NCBI RefSeq assembly: GCF_036321535.1
Contig: NC_087436.1
Coordinates: 104,162,001-104,226,000 of the forward strand
Direction of reading: 5' to 3'
DNA: 64,000 nucleotides
DNA from: Camelus dromedarius
Taxonomy: Eukaryota
Shown piece by piece: positions 26,609 through 39,498 of this stretch. A program made the translations under genes and the position numbers. Positions within the stretch are counted from its first letter, which is position 1. Each line of letters begins with the position of its first letter. The notes under the pieces are model-generated. The model ran no database searches and was not told the DNA's origin. It saw only the letters and a program-made list of their open reading frames with translations.

Positions 26609-27179
26609 CAGAACTGCTCTTAGGCCAAGGCAGAGGGGCTTGGAGTAAGGGCCCTGCTCTGACTTTCCTCTGACTATATCCCTCACCCAGAGTCCATGTC
26701 CCTCCTTCCAGACCACACCCAGATACCTAGACTCTGAAATTCCCAGCCCAGAGGCCCTAAGTCAGCTTCCCGGTTCTCATGGCCTCTTCGGTGGAGCTAC
26801 CTTCCTGATGGGTGCATGTCTTCAGGATGGAGAGGTGGCCAAAGGGTGGCTGGTTGTGGAAGATGTGAACAGAGCTTGGACCTGCAGGTAGAGGGTCCAC
26901 ATGCATGAAGGCTGTCCGGGTGTGGGGTGGAGCCACCACGGGTGAGGAGTGAGTGCGGGTACCACCAGCTGGGGACTGCTGAGGAGTCTAAGAATTCTGA
27001 ATTTGAACCTGGTCATCCAGATTGCTTAAAGGTACATTTGTCAAGACAAGAAAACAAAGTAGACTTTACTTATCAGTTCATCAGTCTGGTTTAGAACTTT
27101 AAAAAAATCTAGACTTATAGTAGGTGGACTTTCAATTGTACTCCTGCCCTGTACCCTGAGAAAGTTAGGAACAGACTTG
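26609..27179 (+). mobile_element. hAT-Tip100 DNA transposon remnant (FordPrefect-like) inserted in a MIR
   Basis: aagaattctgaatttgaacctgg...ttgtactcctgccctgtaccctgagaaagttagg. The MIR core is broken at 26608 and resumes at 27180. Confidence 0.55.
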
Positions 27180-27339
27180 CCTTCAGGTATAAAGTGAGAA
27201 CAATACCAATGAGGTTGTGAGGATTAAATAAGAAGATGTATGTTATGTGCCCAGCACAACACTTGATGCAAAGTCGGTACTTAACAAATGATCTTTTTCC
27301 TTCTCTTATACACTGTATTATAATCACTTTTCTTTCTTC

Positions 27340-28310
27340 CAATGGAATAAATCCCTTGAGTACAAAACTATTCCTTATTTATTTCTATCCCCAGAGGCAA
27401 GTATAGTGCCCAGAATTTAATAGGTCCTCATTAAATGTTTGTGGAATGAATACATGAAGCCCTAGAGGACTTACTGATACCATTTTTTAACTGTTCATTT
27501 CCTTCCTACTTCCAGGGCCTGAGTTCAGGCTCTGATAAACTCTTACCTATGGTCCTGCAAGAGTCTCCTAATTGGTGTCTCTTTCCCCAGACTCTGCCCT
27601 CCAACCAACTTTCGTAATGGGTCAGGTTATCTTCTAAAATGTTGATGAGACCATGAAAAATACCTTTACTGACCATTCATCCACCCACCAAATATTTGCT
27701 GAGTTCCTACTCACCCAATCAACCAATGTTTGAAAACCTACCCTGCAGCTTCTGGAGATATTAAAATGAATGTGACATGTTCTCTGTAGTTGTGGAATTC
27801 ACATTCCAGCCTTGTAATATAGGTTAAGTGTCCACAGAGTGAAATCCAAAGCCTTTCATCTGGTCTTAACCATTCATGACGGCAACTTGAGATATATCTG
27901 CCTCCCCTTTGTCATCCTGACTCTACACCTACTGTGGTGCAGCTACACTGCATTACTCACCATCACCAGAATGCATCATGCACTTTCATACTTTGGTAGC
28001 TTTGAACTTGATAATTCTGTATCCTGAAATGCTTTAATTTCTATCAAAACCTTGCTAAGGACAAGTACAATCTCAGAGAAACATCCCTTAACCTCTTAGT
28101 CATAATTAAGTGCTCATTCTTCTGCATTCTCATGGCACTTTGTTCATATTTCCATCACTATCCTTCCACTATATTTTGCTTTATAATTAGCTGTTGAATG
28201 AATTGCTGCAGAGGACAGGAAATGTGTTTTATTCATCTTTGTATGCATTTCATGATACCATGAACGTAGTTAATTATGAATGCACATTTGCTGAATGAAT
28301 GAATAGGTGG
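27340..28310 (+). mobile_element. L2 fragments
   Basis: aagagtctcctaattggtgtctc; tails ending atgtttgtggaatgaat and atttgctgaatgaatgaat. Confidence 0.75.
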
Positions 28311-29599
28311 AAGAAGGAGTAAATGATGAATAGAGAAGCAGCATGAAATTTACTGGTCTGTAGTCAGATCAGGATTCCATCATGGGCTTATCAAACCAGC
28401 TGGGTTTGGAAAGTCATCAAACCTCCTGAGCTTCAGTAATTGGTTGTCATTAAAAGGGACTAAGATTGTCTCTGAACTAACTTTAAAATTCTATGTTTAA
28501 CAGTCATGTCTAGAGAAAATACAGAAAAATTTGTGAGACTTGAAGAAAACTGGACATATGAGGATCTTCCAATAGTAAGATTCTTTCCAACTTAAAGATC
28601 TTTTGCTTTTTAGAAACTAAAAAAATGCAAAACCAGATTAGATACATATTGAAAGTCAATGTTCCTAACGAGACTGCAGCTACAGCTCTAGCTCAACAGC
28701 ACACTTAGCAGGAGGGCCCAAAGGCCATTCTTCTTCTTCAGTCTCCCTCTCTGTTTTTATCTTTGGTTGAGTCTCTTGTTCTTCTTGTGAACAACCATCT
28801 TTTTCTATCTTCCCTAACTGAGGCCTCATTTTGTTTCCTTTACTGATTAAAAACTTTTAACAATTTTAAACGTCCATCTTTTCTAACTTTTCCAAAATAA
28901 TCACATTGTCATGTGAAAGAAAAGCTAAGAGAGAAAGATAAGTTAATAAACAGAAGGAATATTTTGATACCTTGCAGAAAGATAAGTACATATTATATCT
29001 TTCTAACCACTAAATCTCAAAGCAGATTGCTATTATTACAGAACCCTATATTCTAACTGCAAAAACACTTTTTTCTTCCTCTGTTAAGTACTGCAGAAAC
29101 ATTTGAACAAACAAGTTAAGGTAGTCAGAAATGAAGACCTTACAAATTTTCATCTACAAATTTTCATCTACAAATACTTATAAAGATGTCTTGAGTGTAG
29201 GAATACCTTAGGACAAAGCACTTTTCCTTAGGAAGCATATAGTGAATGAATTAGTGAACTGCCAAGCAGCAAAAAGGGATGCATGTATTAAGAAGACTAA
29301 CAGTTAATCACACTTTCACCACATTTCCCCCAAGTTCTGAAATCTACGGCTGTTCCGTAAGCAGCTAGGTCATAAGCTCTTTGCGGAAGGGCCACAATTC
29401 AAACTGTGTATTACCTTTAGCATCCAGCATAGTTTCTTCTACAGGTGAGATGCTCAATGTATGTTGCTAATGATGTAGATTTGAACATTTATAAATATAA
29501 TCAAGGCTTATAAATAAAAAAGTACAAGACTTATTTATGAGTAAGTAATTAACATATAGGATAGGAGGCTCTCAATAACGCAGAGTTGAAATTATAAGT

Positions 29600-29810
29600 G
29601 GCCAACAAAGTCATACAGACATGAGTTCCAGTCCTGTGTGTCTCCAGGAAAGTTAGCAACACTCTCTGAGTCTCTATTTTCACTTTTGAAAATGGAGATA
29701 AATAATACTGACTTCACTGGGTTGTGCTAAAGCACCAATGAGTTAATTTATTTAAAGCGTGCCAGCATAGTATTCAGTACACAGCAGATGCTCACTAACT
29801 AGAGCTGTTT
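29600..29810 (+). mobile_element. MIR SINE
   Basis: ctctctgagtctctattttcacttttgaaaatggagataataatactgac. Confidence 0.75.
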
Positions 29811-31041
29811 TATGCTCTCAGAAGGGAGAGTATCACATTTAACTAGTTAAATGTGATAGCTTAGATAACTAGCTTAAACCCAAGAAAATCTTTTTGGTTT
29901 TTTTGGTCAGTATTAAATAAGAGTTCACTTCAGCTTAATCAAGATTAGCCAGGGCTTCAGATGCCAAAAAAGGGTAAGTTGTCTGCTCTGCTGAAGAAGG
30001 ACAAAGTCAGATTCTGGCAAAGAAAAGTAGGAGGCTTAAGAAGCAGTGAAGAATTCATTAGCTCTCTAGGGCACATACCACCTAAAGCATGTCTTTGATC
30101 TCAGAGGTTGTCATGTTCTTGGCCAGTTTTTCAAAATCCTTTCCTTTGCCACGCAGCACTTCAGTCTTTCAAGGGTCAAGTTTCACCCACCTGGCCAGCA
30201 TCCAAGAGTGCACTTCTAACAGGCAGTGGGATGCTTGGGACACCATCTCTTATCTGGCCTCAGAGTTCCACAAGTCTGCTGTGGGTGATTCTTTTAAGAT
30301 CCTTTATCTAACTGAATAAGTCTCAAATATTAACTGCCTACTCCAATCAATAGAAATAACTTTATAGAGTAATGACTTAATGGGCCTCTGATATAGCAGA
30401 ACGGTAAACATCGTCAGCAAAAATAAAATCTTGAGCTAGATGAGATATAAATAGTAAATATGACTGTGAAAATACTCTAGATATAAACATGCCTTGCACT
30501 TGCTAAATATTTCCCCTGATCTTCACACCGTCTCTATTAATACTTAGCATTTGTAGCTGGGTCATAATCATCACATCCGATTCCCCTTAACATCATTCCA
30601 GTTGAAGCAAATTTTTACACTCTTTTATTTGGGATTACCTAGTATAGCTTATTCATTTGTTGAAATGATCGTTTCCTTTGCTCATTCTCATTCCACATGT
30701 AGCCTACAGGTCAGTAAATATAGGGATTAGGACCACGGTCAAATTGTTTTCTAGCCAAATCTGTTATCTTTCTGAACTAGAACTTCAGAATATGACTTTG
30801 TTTCTTTATTTTAGCAGTTAAAATTTCCCAAGACATTAGTACATAATCATTATTGTCAATCTAAAAATCATACTTTTCAATTTATGTCTAAAGTTACACG
30901 TGCAGTGAATTTTGGAATATAAGATGTTTTGAATTTTATTTTATTAATATAGTTGACAAAGTACACTGCTGTTTACCAACCTGACTCTTGAAGGCAGGTT
31001 TGAAAGGATATATTTTTGTCATTTCTTCTAAGTCTTCCCTA

Positions 31042-31211
31042 GTCTTTGTGAAGGGCTGTCCTGTGCACTGCAGGTGTAGCAGCATTGCTGGCCTCCACCC
31101 ATGAGATCCCGGTGAGTACGCCCTGCCCTCTGACAACAAGATGCGTCTTCAGACATCACCAGCTGTCCCTGGGGGGCAGGGGGTGGGACTGCCCTTACTG
31201 GAGAACCACTG
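31042..31211 (-). mobile_element. MER20 (hAT-Charlie) partial
   Basis: gggctgtcctgtgcactgcagg...cagacatcaccagctgtccctgggggg...gagaaccactg terminal repeat. Confidence 0.85.
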
Positions 31212-31584
31212 CTCTGGAGTCCTAAAACTCCTCTCCCTAATGTTCACTAGCAATGACTCTTTTTGTCTTGGAGGAAACAAATGGTATTAGCAAATTATGA
31301 TGTTCATTTAAGTCTCAGTCAGGTCTATGTATGTTTTTCCCAAGTCTCACCTCCTTGCTTTTATTCTTGCTCCTCTATAATTATCTACAGTCATTCCCTC
31401 ATTCATTCGCTCACTTGTTCAATACTGTTTCCTAAGCAGCAACTTGATGCCATGCATGGTTCCACGTGCTAGGTATGCTGGTCATCAAAATTATTAAGGC
31501 CCTTGTTCTCGTGGAGCTTAAGAGTGACACTTTTATTTTACATAGTATTCAGGATGATCTTTTTGAAATATTAATCAGGAATTG

Positions 31585-32652
31585 GAGGAAAGATGTCACT
31601 GAGAAGACAAAGTAGAAAAATAAAACTCCATCCCCTCCACTAAAGAAATGGCTAAGCTGGCTAGAACTGCTAGAATCAATTTTTTCAAAGTCTGGAATCT
31701 AATTTTAAAACTCACAGCAATCAAGGAAACTTAATAAAGACGGACGCTCCTGAATTTTGGAAAGAGAAGATCGTGGTATTTTAATTTACCCACTACTATC
31801 CCCTACTTTCCAGCTTGATGGCTATAAAGACAGCTGCCCACAATCCTGGTGCAGCTTTCTGATGCCAGAAGGGGGCAATATGGATCTTGAATCAAAAAAT
31901 TGGTTGTGTATTGATCAAAAGCATTTAAAATATATTTGCGTGTGTGTGTGTGTATGTATGTATATATATACCTCAAATATATTAGCCTTAGCCACCTGGG
32001 GCAGCAAGGGATAACAGATGGGGCGAGGAGCAGACAGACTGGAGAGTCTGGGAAGGAGGAGGCTGGGGAAGCATGTATACAAAGGGATAAAGGCTCTGAA
32101 AAGCTCCTCTATAATCAGGGGAATCTAAAAAAGACCTTCAGCTTTCTTTTCTTCTTCTTCTTTCTTTTTAAAATTTCAGCTTTTGCTTCTGCCTGACTTC
32201 CGGGCTCTGTGCAAGCAGGAAGTGAAAGCTAAGGCAGAGCTGTAAACGGTCTGGCTAAGCCTTGAAGGAATACCCCTTCACACGGCCTATCAGCAAAGAC
32301 TGGGAGAAGTTTTTTTTTTTGGTTTCAGACATATGGAAATCTCTTGTCAAATCACTTACTAATCACTGAGCTAATAGAACAGAGACTTCAGTGGGCACTC
32401 AATACAAAAGAAGGTAATCTTTATAGTTTAGAAAAGTCACTAAACAAACAACTACAACCCACAACAAGTAATAACAGCAAATTCTGGGGAGGGGAGAAAA
32501 TTATAATACTCAAATATCTAGTTATCAACAACAACAAAATTACTATGCACGCAAAGAAATAAGAAAGTATATAGTCAATTCACAGGAACAGAAAAAAATT
32601 AATAGAAATTGCCTCTAAGGAAGCCCAGACACTGGACTTACCAGATGAAACT
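31585..32652 (+). mobile_element. Old L1 5' UTR and ORF1 start (L1M-class) interrupting an L2
   Basis: gcaagcaggaagtgaaagctaaggcagagctgtaaac; agagacttcagtgg; aagcccagacactggacttaccaga. Confidence 0.7.
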
Positions 32653-33140
32653 TGCAGCTGTCTCCCGACCCGACCAGGCCCCTGTCAACCTCTCCTCCCT
32701 CACCTTGTACCAGTTTATGTTTTGCTCACTGTCGTGGGTCACACCGGCCATCTTGTTGTTCTTCAAATCATCGAGGCCATTCCTGCCTCAGGCCTGCGAA
32801 CGTGCTGCGCATTCCCTCCGGAGTGCTCCTCCCCCTCCCTGCAGATCCTGGCCTCTGTTCACATTCTACTGCCCCAGAGGCATCTTTCCTGACTCCCTGG
32901 TCTACAAGAGCTGCGCCCCCTGCCTCCCTGCCCACTAACAACTTCCGTTCCCTTTCACTGTTCACATCGTCACTCCCTGTGTATTTGCAGTTATTTATTC
33001 ACATTAGCTACTCATTGCACGTCTCCCTCACTAGAACGCACGGTCCCTGAAGCAGGTCCTTTATCTGTGTCCTTTACTGTGGGCTACTCACCTGAAAGGG
33101 GAGCTAGAGCAAGGCCAGCAAGTATTTATTAAATGAATAA
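32653..33140 (+). mobile_element. L2 3' end
   Basis: ttcctgcctcaggcct...tctccctcactagaac...aagtatttattaaatgaataa. Confidence 0.75.
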
Positions 33141-33884
33141 AGACAAATTATAGATGTTGGACAAAGAATAAAAGCAGGAAAACCTTATAAAATTCCCAGG
33201 CAGACTCTCCTTCAGCTCAGAAATTTTGCTCACCAGTTGTTTAATGAATCTACTAGAGACAGTCTGTCCATGGACAAGGCCTCGAATGTCCTGGCCCCTG
33301 TGGCCTGCTATTTCTACCCAAGGAAAGGCGATCACAGGTGGAGAAGTGAGTGAGCGAACCTCTGTCCCTTGTAAGCACCTGCCTGGTCAGGATGGAGAGT
33401 GTGTCAGGGAGCTACAGGCAAACCTCTCTGTGTGAGCCCCAGTGACCTGAGAGCCAGGCCAGTTTTGGTGGTGGTGGTGGTGGTGGCAGAGGTTTCCCTG
33501 AGATTTCAAAGTAATCCTATCTTTGGCAGGGGTTGAAAAACAGGGTGGGTGATAGAAAAATGTTGCTAGTGTTGCCTTGAGGAAAGAGTAAAGGGACAGA
33601 AGACTGACTGCTCTTTGTCTCTTCTTGTTATGCAATTTCAGACTCATTGCCAGAGAAGAGAGTCCTCTCTGATCCTGGTAAGGCTCTAAAACAACCTGAG
33701 GAAAGAAATGATTCTTAAGTATTAAGTTTACGAACAGCTGTGGGTTTACCCTATTAAGCATTAACCTATTTTTATTCTGGATGAAATTCTTTCTGGAACC
33801 TATTGTATACATCTACTTTTTCAATATGTTAAATACTTAATTTTCTTCCAAAAGACACTATAATGACTCAATAACGTCTTTCTG

Positions 33885-34150
33885 AGGGAGTAGGGCATGG
33901 GGATTAAGAATATTGCTTCTGAAGTTGAAGAGTTTGGCCTCAGAGCCTGCCTTTGTCACTCACCAGGGGGGCAAGTGGATGCTCTGTGCCTCAGCTTCTT
34001 TATCTATTAGTAGCTGCCTTGGAAGGATCTTGTAAGGATTAAGTGAGTTAATACGTGTAGTGTACTTTGCACACTGCCTGGTCTATAGTTTTGCATGGAA
34101 GATGTTAGTGGCTACTGCTGCAACTACTATTACTACTATTATTATAGGAG
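33885..34150 (+). mobile_element. MIR SINE
   Basis: ctctgtgcctcagcttctttatc; gtaaggattaagtgagttaatacgtg. Confidence 0.75.
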
Positions 34151-34664
34151 CATTTTTTTCTTGGTGCCTTAAGCTCATTAAAAAAGCCTTAAATTACCAT
34201 AATATGTTACAACCCAATGAAATTTTTTTAAAAGGGTGGAGGGTTACTGGCTTTTCCATAAAATGGTCCCATGCTGATTTGCGGGAATGCTTTTATATGC
34301 TGTTTTATAGCTTTTCTATTTTCCTTCGTGAAGTCTCTGATTTTCACTTCTGTTGTCAGCCATTTTCCTATCTTTATCAGCTTCTTTCCACACTTGAGGG
34401 CATAAAGACCAGCAACCAAGTTTGTTAGACATGTATGTTAAGTAAAAGCTAATATATCCCCAAAGAAGTTGGAAAAGCTCTCCTGTGAATAGAGAGAAGG
34501 AACTTGAGTCCATGGACATCCTATTTGGCCTTTCAGAGGTATTAATTTTTTTCTTATTTCCCGATTCTTATATAAATATAAAAAGTTATATGAAAATTAA
34601 GTTTCTGGGGAGACAGATGTAACAAAGGTTATACGTAACTATTAAATTAAAAAGCCTCTAATTT

Positions 34665-35890
34665 AGTTCAAATAAATACTCATTAAGGTCCCACTACAGA
34701 TAGCTGCTGGAGGAATAGAAGTCAACGATACAATCTTGAACCTCAAGAAGCCTGCACTGTAGAGGGCAGATAAGCATAAGCAAACAATATCAAGATAACA
34801 TAGTAAGAGATACCATAGATTTTCGCCCTAAGTACCACGGGACCCTAGAGAAAGGACCCTTAACCCAACCTGGGGATGCTGGAAAAGTTTCCTGAAGAGG
34901 ACCGTGCCTGACCTGAGCTTTGAGGACAGCCAAGTGAAGAAAGGCTGGATGGACTACTGCCAGCAGGAAGAGGAGAGGTAATGATAGTGCTTATGTAGCT
35001 GCGTGTGGGTAAAGAGTTAATAATTTGATATTACTGTGATTAAAAAAAAAAAGTGAGATGGGAAATGGTGAGAAATGAAGCTAGGAGTCAGACTGAATAG
35101 GGGCCAGAGACAAGAGACGCCCTCTTACAGTATGTTGAGAGGCTTGCACACTGCTTAAAAGGGATGAGGAGGCATTAAGAAAACTTTAAGGAGAAAAATG
35201 GCAGTTTTCAGGTTTTCCTTTTAGATGTATAACTCAGACAGCATTGTGCAAAAAGCTAGAAAAGACTGGAGGAAGAAAGATTAGTCAGCTATCTGCTACA
35301 ATGAATGAACTAGAGATAATAGTCTGAATGAGGGTAAGGCAGTAGTTATGGTGAGGGAGAGAGGGTCCCAGATGTATTTTGAAGATAAAATTGGATGAGC
35401 CTGGTGACTTATTAGATGAAAGGGGTCCAAGACTGAAAGGAATCAAGAATGACTACCAGGTTTTAGGCTTTGAATTACTGGTTAAATGAGAGTCCCATTA
35501 ACTGAGAGAGAAACAGGACAGAGTTTTGTTTTGTTTTGTTATTTAATTTTTGTCTTTGTTTGTTCTTTTTTAAATAGTGGGCATATGAAGATGAATTAGT
35601 TCAGGTTGAGACATGTTAAGTTTGAGTTAAATACTGTAGAAGTCAGAATTGAAGACATAAATTTTAGAGTAATTAACAAACAGAAGCAAGAGAGCAAGTA
35701 AGAAGTCCCAGGAAAACGTATGAAAAGAAGGGCAGCAGAACAAGGGGGGGACGGGACACTGGGACACCAGTGCTTAAAGAAAGGCAGAGGTGGATGCCCT
35801 GGGAAAGACTCTGGGACCCACACTGAGAAGTGCAAGGAGAGAACAGTGCCATGAAAGTCAAGGATGAGTTTCAGCTCAGCTGGTCAATAA
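34665..35890 (-). mobile_element. L2 (about 1.2 kb)
   Basis: ttcaaataaatactcattaag; ggaatcaagaatgactaccaggttttaggctt; aattagttcaggttgagacatgttaagtttgag. Confidence 0.8.
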
Positions 35891-35914
35891 AGAAGCTAAA
35901 CACAACTTGTAACA

Positions 35915-36120
35915 GCTGCATTTCTTGAGCACTCACTACATGTCAGGTACCATGCTGTTTCATACAGTGTGTCTCCTTTCATCTGTTACCCACATGTTAT
36001 AGACGGAGAATCTGAAGTTCAGCGAAGATGCATAACTTGCCCAAGGTCACAGGGTGAACTGGCAGAACTGGGCTCTGAACCCAGGTCTACAGGGTTACAA
36101 AGCCCATGTTCTTAACTCTA
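35915..36120 (-). mobile_element. MIR SINE
   Basis: taacttgcccaaggtcacag...ggcagaactgggctctgaacccaggtct. Confidence 0.85.
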
Positions 36121-36711
36121 CTGGAGTAAAATAATTTCTTCAGGGTGCAACTTAATATTATCATAATAAGGACTGCTATATATTGCTTTTCCAAGAAGCA
36201 TATCTTAAAAACTGTCTAATAATCTCAAAGAAATATTTAATACCTAAGGAGGTCACTATACATTTGATAATTTTAATAAAAACACACTATTTTGGTGATA
36301 TATTTCTTCAAATCTTTTCATTTATAAATACCACAGTTGTCAAATAATGAGAACAATAAAGTGCAACTCAAGGCGATCCGCTCATTACAGCACTGCTCCA
36401 ATAAAGCCAAAAGGCAGGCCCGGGATGGACCAGTGAGCGTCCTTCAGAGGAAAACTAAGCACCTGAGCCTACTCAGCTTCCTCTAAATGCTACTATTGGT
36501 CTCAAGAAAATACAGAAAGGGTATACATAGTTTAGCACAAACCTACGACAAACATGGGAAAATTAATTAGAATGGCTATTCTATAGAAGGTTTATTTAAG
36601 ATGATAAATTATTATCCACTTAAAGACAGTGAGTGAGAAAGTCAAATTCCTATTATAAAAGTTGCAGTTTTCCCCATTTCCCACTAGAGGAAGCAATAGC
36701 ATTACTCTTAC

Positions 36712-36756
36712 CATTTGGTGGATAAAAGACAGCATATTCTTCTAGTCCTAGTTTTC
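36712..36756 (-). CDS. TBC1D19: TBC1D19 coding exon, 45 nt, phase 1/1: (G)KLGLEEYAVFYPPN(G)
   Basis: ttttctctcacag|GAAAAC...CAAATG|gtaaga. Confidence 0.96.
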
Positions 36757-37609
36757 CTGTGAGAGAAAACCATAGAGTTTCAATGTGATTAAACAAAATA
36801 GGAAAAAAAAAACTTTAAAAATTAATTTTGTGAATGTACTAATAATTAAAGGAATTTAAAAAATGACTACAGTACAATCTCCTTTCATTTTATTTTGTTA
36901 TGGAATTAATCTGAAAATATGCCAGCTAATCTTTTGATATTAGCAAATCCTTTCATCAATTAAAGTCAATATAAACTTAAGGAGAAGTGATACAAAATAA
37001 TTAAAAGAACAAACATTTTCTAGATCTTAATCACTTAAGAACAGCATCTATTTATAAATATAGAATGGCTGTGCTAATTATAAATAAGTCTATTCATTAA
37101 AGTAAGTCCCAAGCTTTGCAATGCCTCATTAGTTTACATTCTTATGGAATGTGCTGACAAGTTAAAATTAAATGTCTTTAACTGTATGATGGTAATATAT
37201 TCTGAACCCCTAAACAGTTGATAAAGTCCGAGAATGAGGCTAAATATTTGAAATCAGAACTGTCTCAAAAAAATAAAGTATATTCACAATCATTAAATGT
37301 CTAAAGGAGTTTTTAAAAGTTTTTCCTCCAAACTTTTAAAGGTCTGAATTTTTTCCCACTTTCCACTGAAAATCTTTAGGTAGCTTTTATATTAACAGTT
37401 TTTCTAACACTGTTGAGTCTACCAAAAAGTCACATACATTTTTGCACTTGGCTTTAAGGTAAGATTTTTTAATTAAAAAAATTTTTTGTTGTATTTCTTA
37501 TTGGGAATGGTGGCAAAGAGGAGACAAAGAACTGCATGAACAGCTTAGGTTAGGGTGGAGACAGCAGGGGTTGATCTCGTGAATAAGGAGAGAACAGGTG
37601 GATGGATGG

Positions 37610-38051
37610 ATGGCTGACTCTGAATGGGCTCCTGGATGGAGGCTGGTTACCAGAAAGACCAAGACATGATTAGAAGCTTGGAATTTTCAGACCCACTCCC
37701 CATCCTCCAGAGGAGGGAGAGGGGCTGGAAATGGAGTTTAATAATGGATCATGCCTGTGTGAGGAAGATGCCATAAAATCCTAATAGTAGGGGGTTCAAG
37801 AGCTTCCAGGGGGGCAAACACGTCAAAGCTGGGAGGATGACGCACTGCAACTCATCTGGCTGCTCATCTGTCTCCTTTATCGTATCTTTTAATACACTGG
37901 CAAGGGTAAGTATGTGTTACCCTAAGTTCAGTGGGCCACTCTAGCAAATTAACCAAACTCAAGGAGGGGGTTATTGGAACCTCCAATCTATAGCTGGTTG
38001 GTCAGAAGCACAGGTGATAACCTGGGTTTGTGACCGGTGTCTGAAGAGTAT

Positions 38052-38087
<36 letters not shown>

Positions 38088-38335
38088 ATGAGAGAGAGAG
38101 AGGGCAGTCTTGTGAGACTGAGTCCTTACCCTGTGGGACCTGACACTATCTCAGGTGTCAAAATTCAGTTAAATTGTAGGGTACCCAGCTAGTGTCAAAA
38201 CTTGCCTGTTGCTGTGGGGAAAACTTCTACAGAGTTGTGACCACAGGTGTCAGAAGTGAAGTGTTTTGTGTGAGTGGTAAAAGAAACACACAGGAGAGAA
38301 ACACAGTAGGAGAGAACTGGGTTTTTCCCTGTATA
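37610..38335 (+). mobile_element. MER21-like ERV LTR containing a (TG)16 microsatellite (38055-38086)
   Basis: ggctggttaccagaaagaccaagacatgattagaagcttggaa; ggttggtcagaagcacaggtgataacctgg; tcttgtgagactgagtcc. Confidence 0.85.
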
Positions 38336-39413
38336 GAAGGAAATACTCTGAGTTTTTCTGATACAGTGAGATATAGGCTAGTTCTTCAAGGACCTATGAT
38401 TTTGAGGGTGGAGGAGTGCGACTCCTGACACATAGTGAGTATATGGAAATTAGAATGAATCTGTTGTAATATGGAATAAACCGGGAATCAAAATTAGCTA
38501 GTTTAAGACAGGATCAACTGACAGAAAGCCTTACAATCTTGGCTGAATTTAGAGGTGACTCCATTAGATAATTAAGTTCTACAGTAAGTGTTTCAGCAGG
38601 TGATGTTAAAGAAACAAACAAGCAAGCCAAATGTTTCTATCAGTTCCATGTAGAAGCAACGGGACTGGGAGAGCCCCCAGGCTGTGGGGAGCCTGGTCCC
38701 AGCACCAGGCAATGCGGGCCTGTCTTAGGGCAGGGGCTGCAGCGATCATGCAGACAGCAGACTTAGGAGGTACAGGACAACAGCTTCTTTCTTTACGGGC
38801 ACAGCAGAACAACCATACACAATACGCTTATACGCTTGCAGTGCTGGGTGTTCACTATTTCATAAAAAGGAGAAATCAGGGAGAGGCTTCTAGGTGAAGT
38901 CAGTTCAACTGTCAGGTGACTGTAGGATCCTGAAATAGTATTATTTTGTAGCAGTTAGTGATAAAGAGTAGAAGCATTAAAATAGAAATTAGAGAGCCAA
39001 TAGCATATAAATTGTATCAAGCTTTTACATGTGGTATATAACATTTTGAGATAAGGAATAAAGATGGCAAAAAAAAAAAGTAGAAAAAGCAAGTTCAAGT
39101 GACACTCACAGTCAGAAGGGGAAATAGTCAACAGAAACGGCAAAAACAGCAGCAGAGGAGAGAGCAAACAGGAAGGATAAAGAAGGTAACTTTACATGCT
39201 GTTTTGGGAACCACTTTCCTGTGATTTGTGATAAGTTGCTTGGGCACTGACTTAAGTGGGAGTGAAAGGATGGTTACCATAACCTGAGAGAAATCTTATT
39301 ACATAATTTACAACAACAATCTTGACAATACTGATATATGCTATAAAGCAAACAGTCTTGGCATGATTAAGTAAGTGTTAAAGAATACTTCCTTTACGTT
39401 ACTAAAATTGTAC

Positions 39414-39498
39414 CTCGTATGTACGATTTCGGTGGCGAAGCACTGCTGTACGCAAAGTGACCCAACACAGACGTATCTCGAGAAAAGCAAAGTAATAC
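39414..39498 (-). CDS. TBC1D19: TBC1D19 coding exon, 85 nt, phase 0/1: VLLCFSRDTSVLGHFAYSSASPPKSYIR(G)
   Basis: gttgtacccag|GTATTA...ATACGAG|gtacaa. Frame continuous with both neighbouring exons. Confidence 0.96.

Noticed and set aside
32609..33812. Overlapping 100-141 aa ORFs
   Set aside because: They fall in GC-rich L2 and simple-repeat sequence (the poly-His comes from a TGG repeat); no coding signature.
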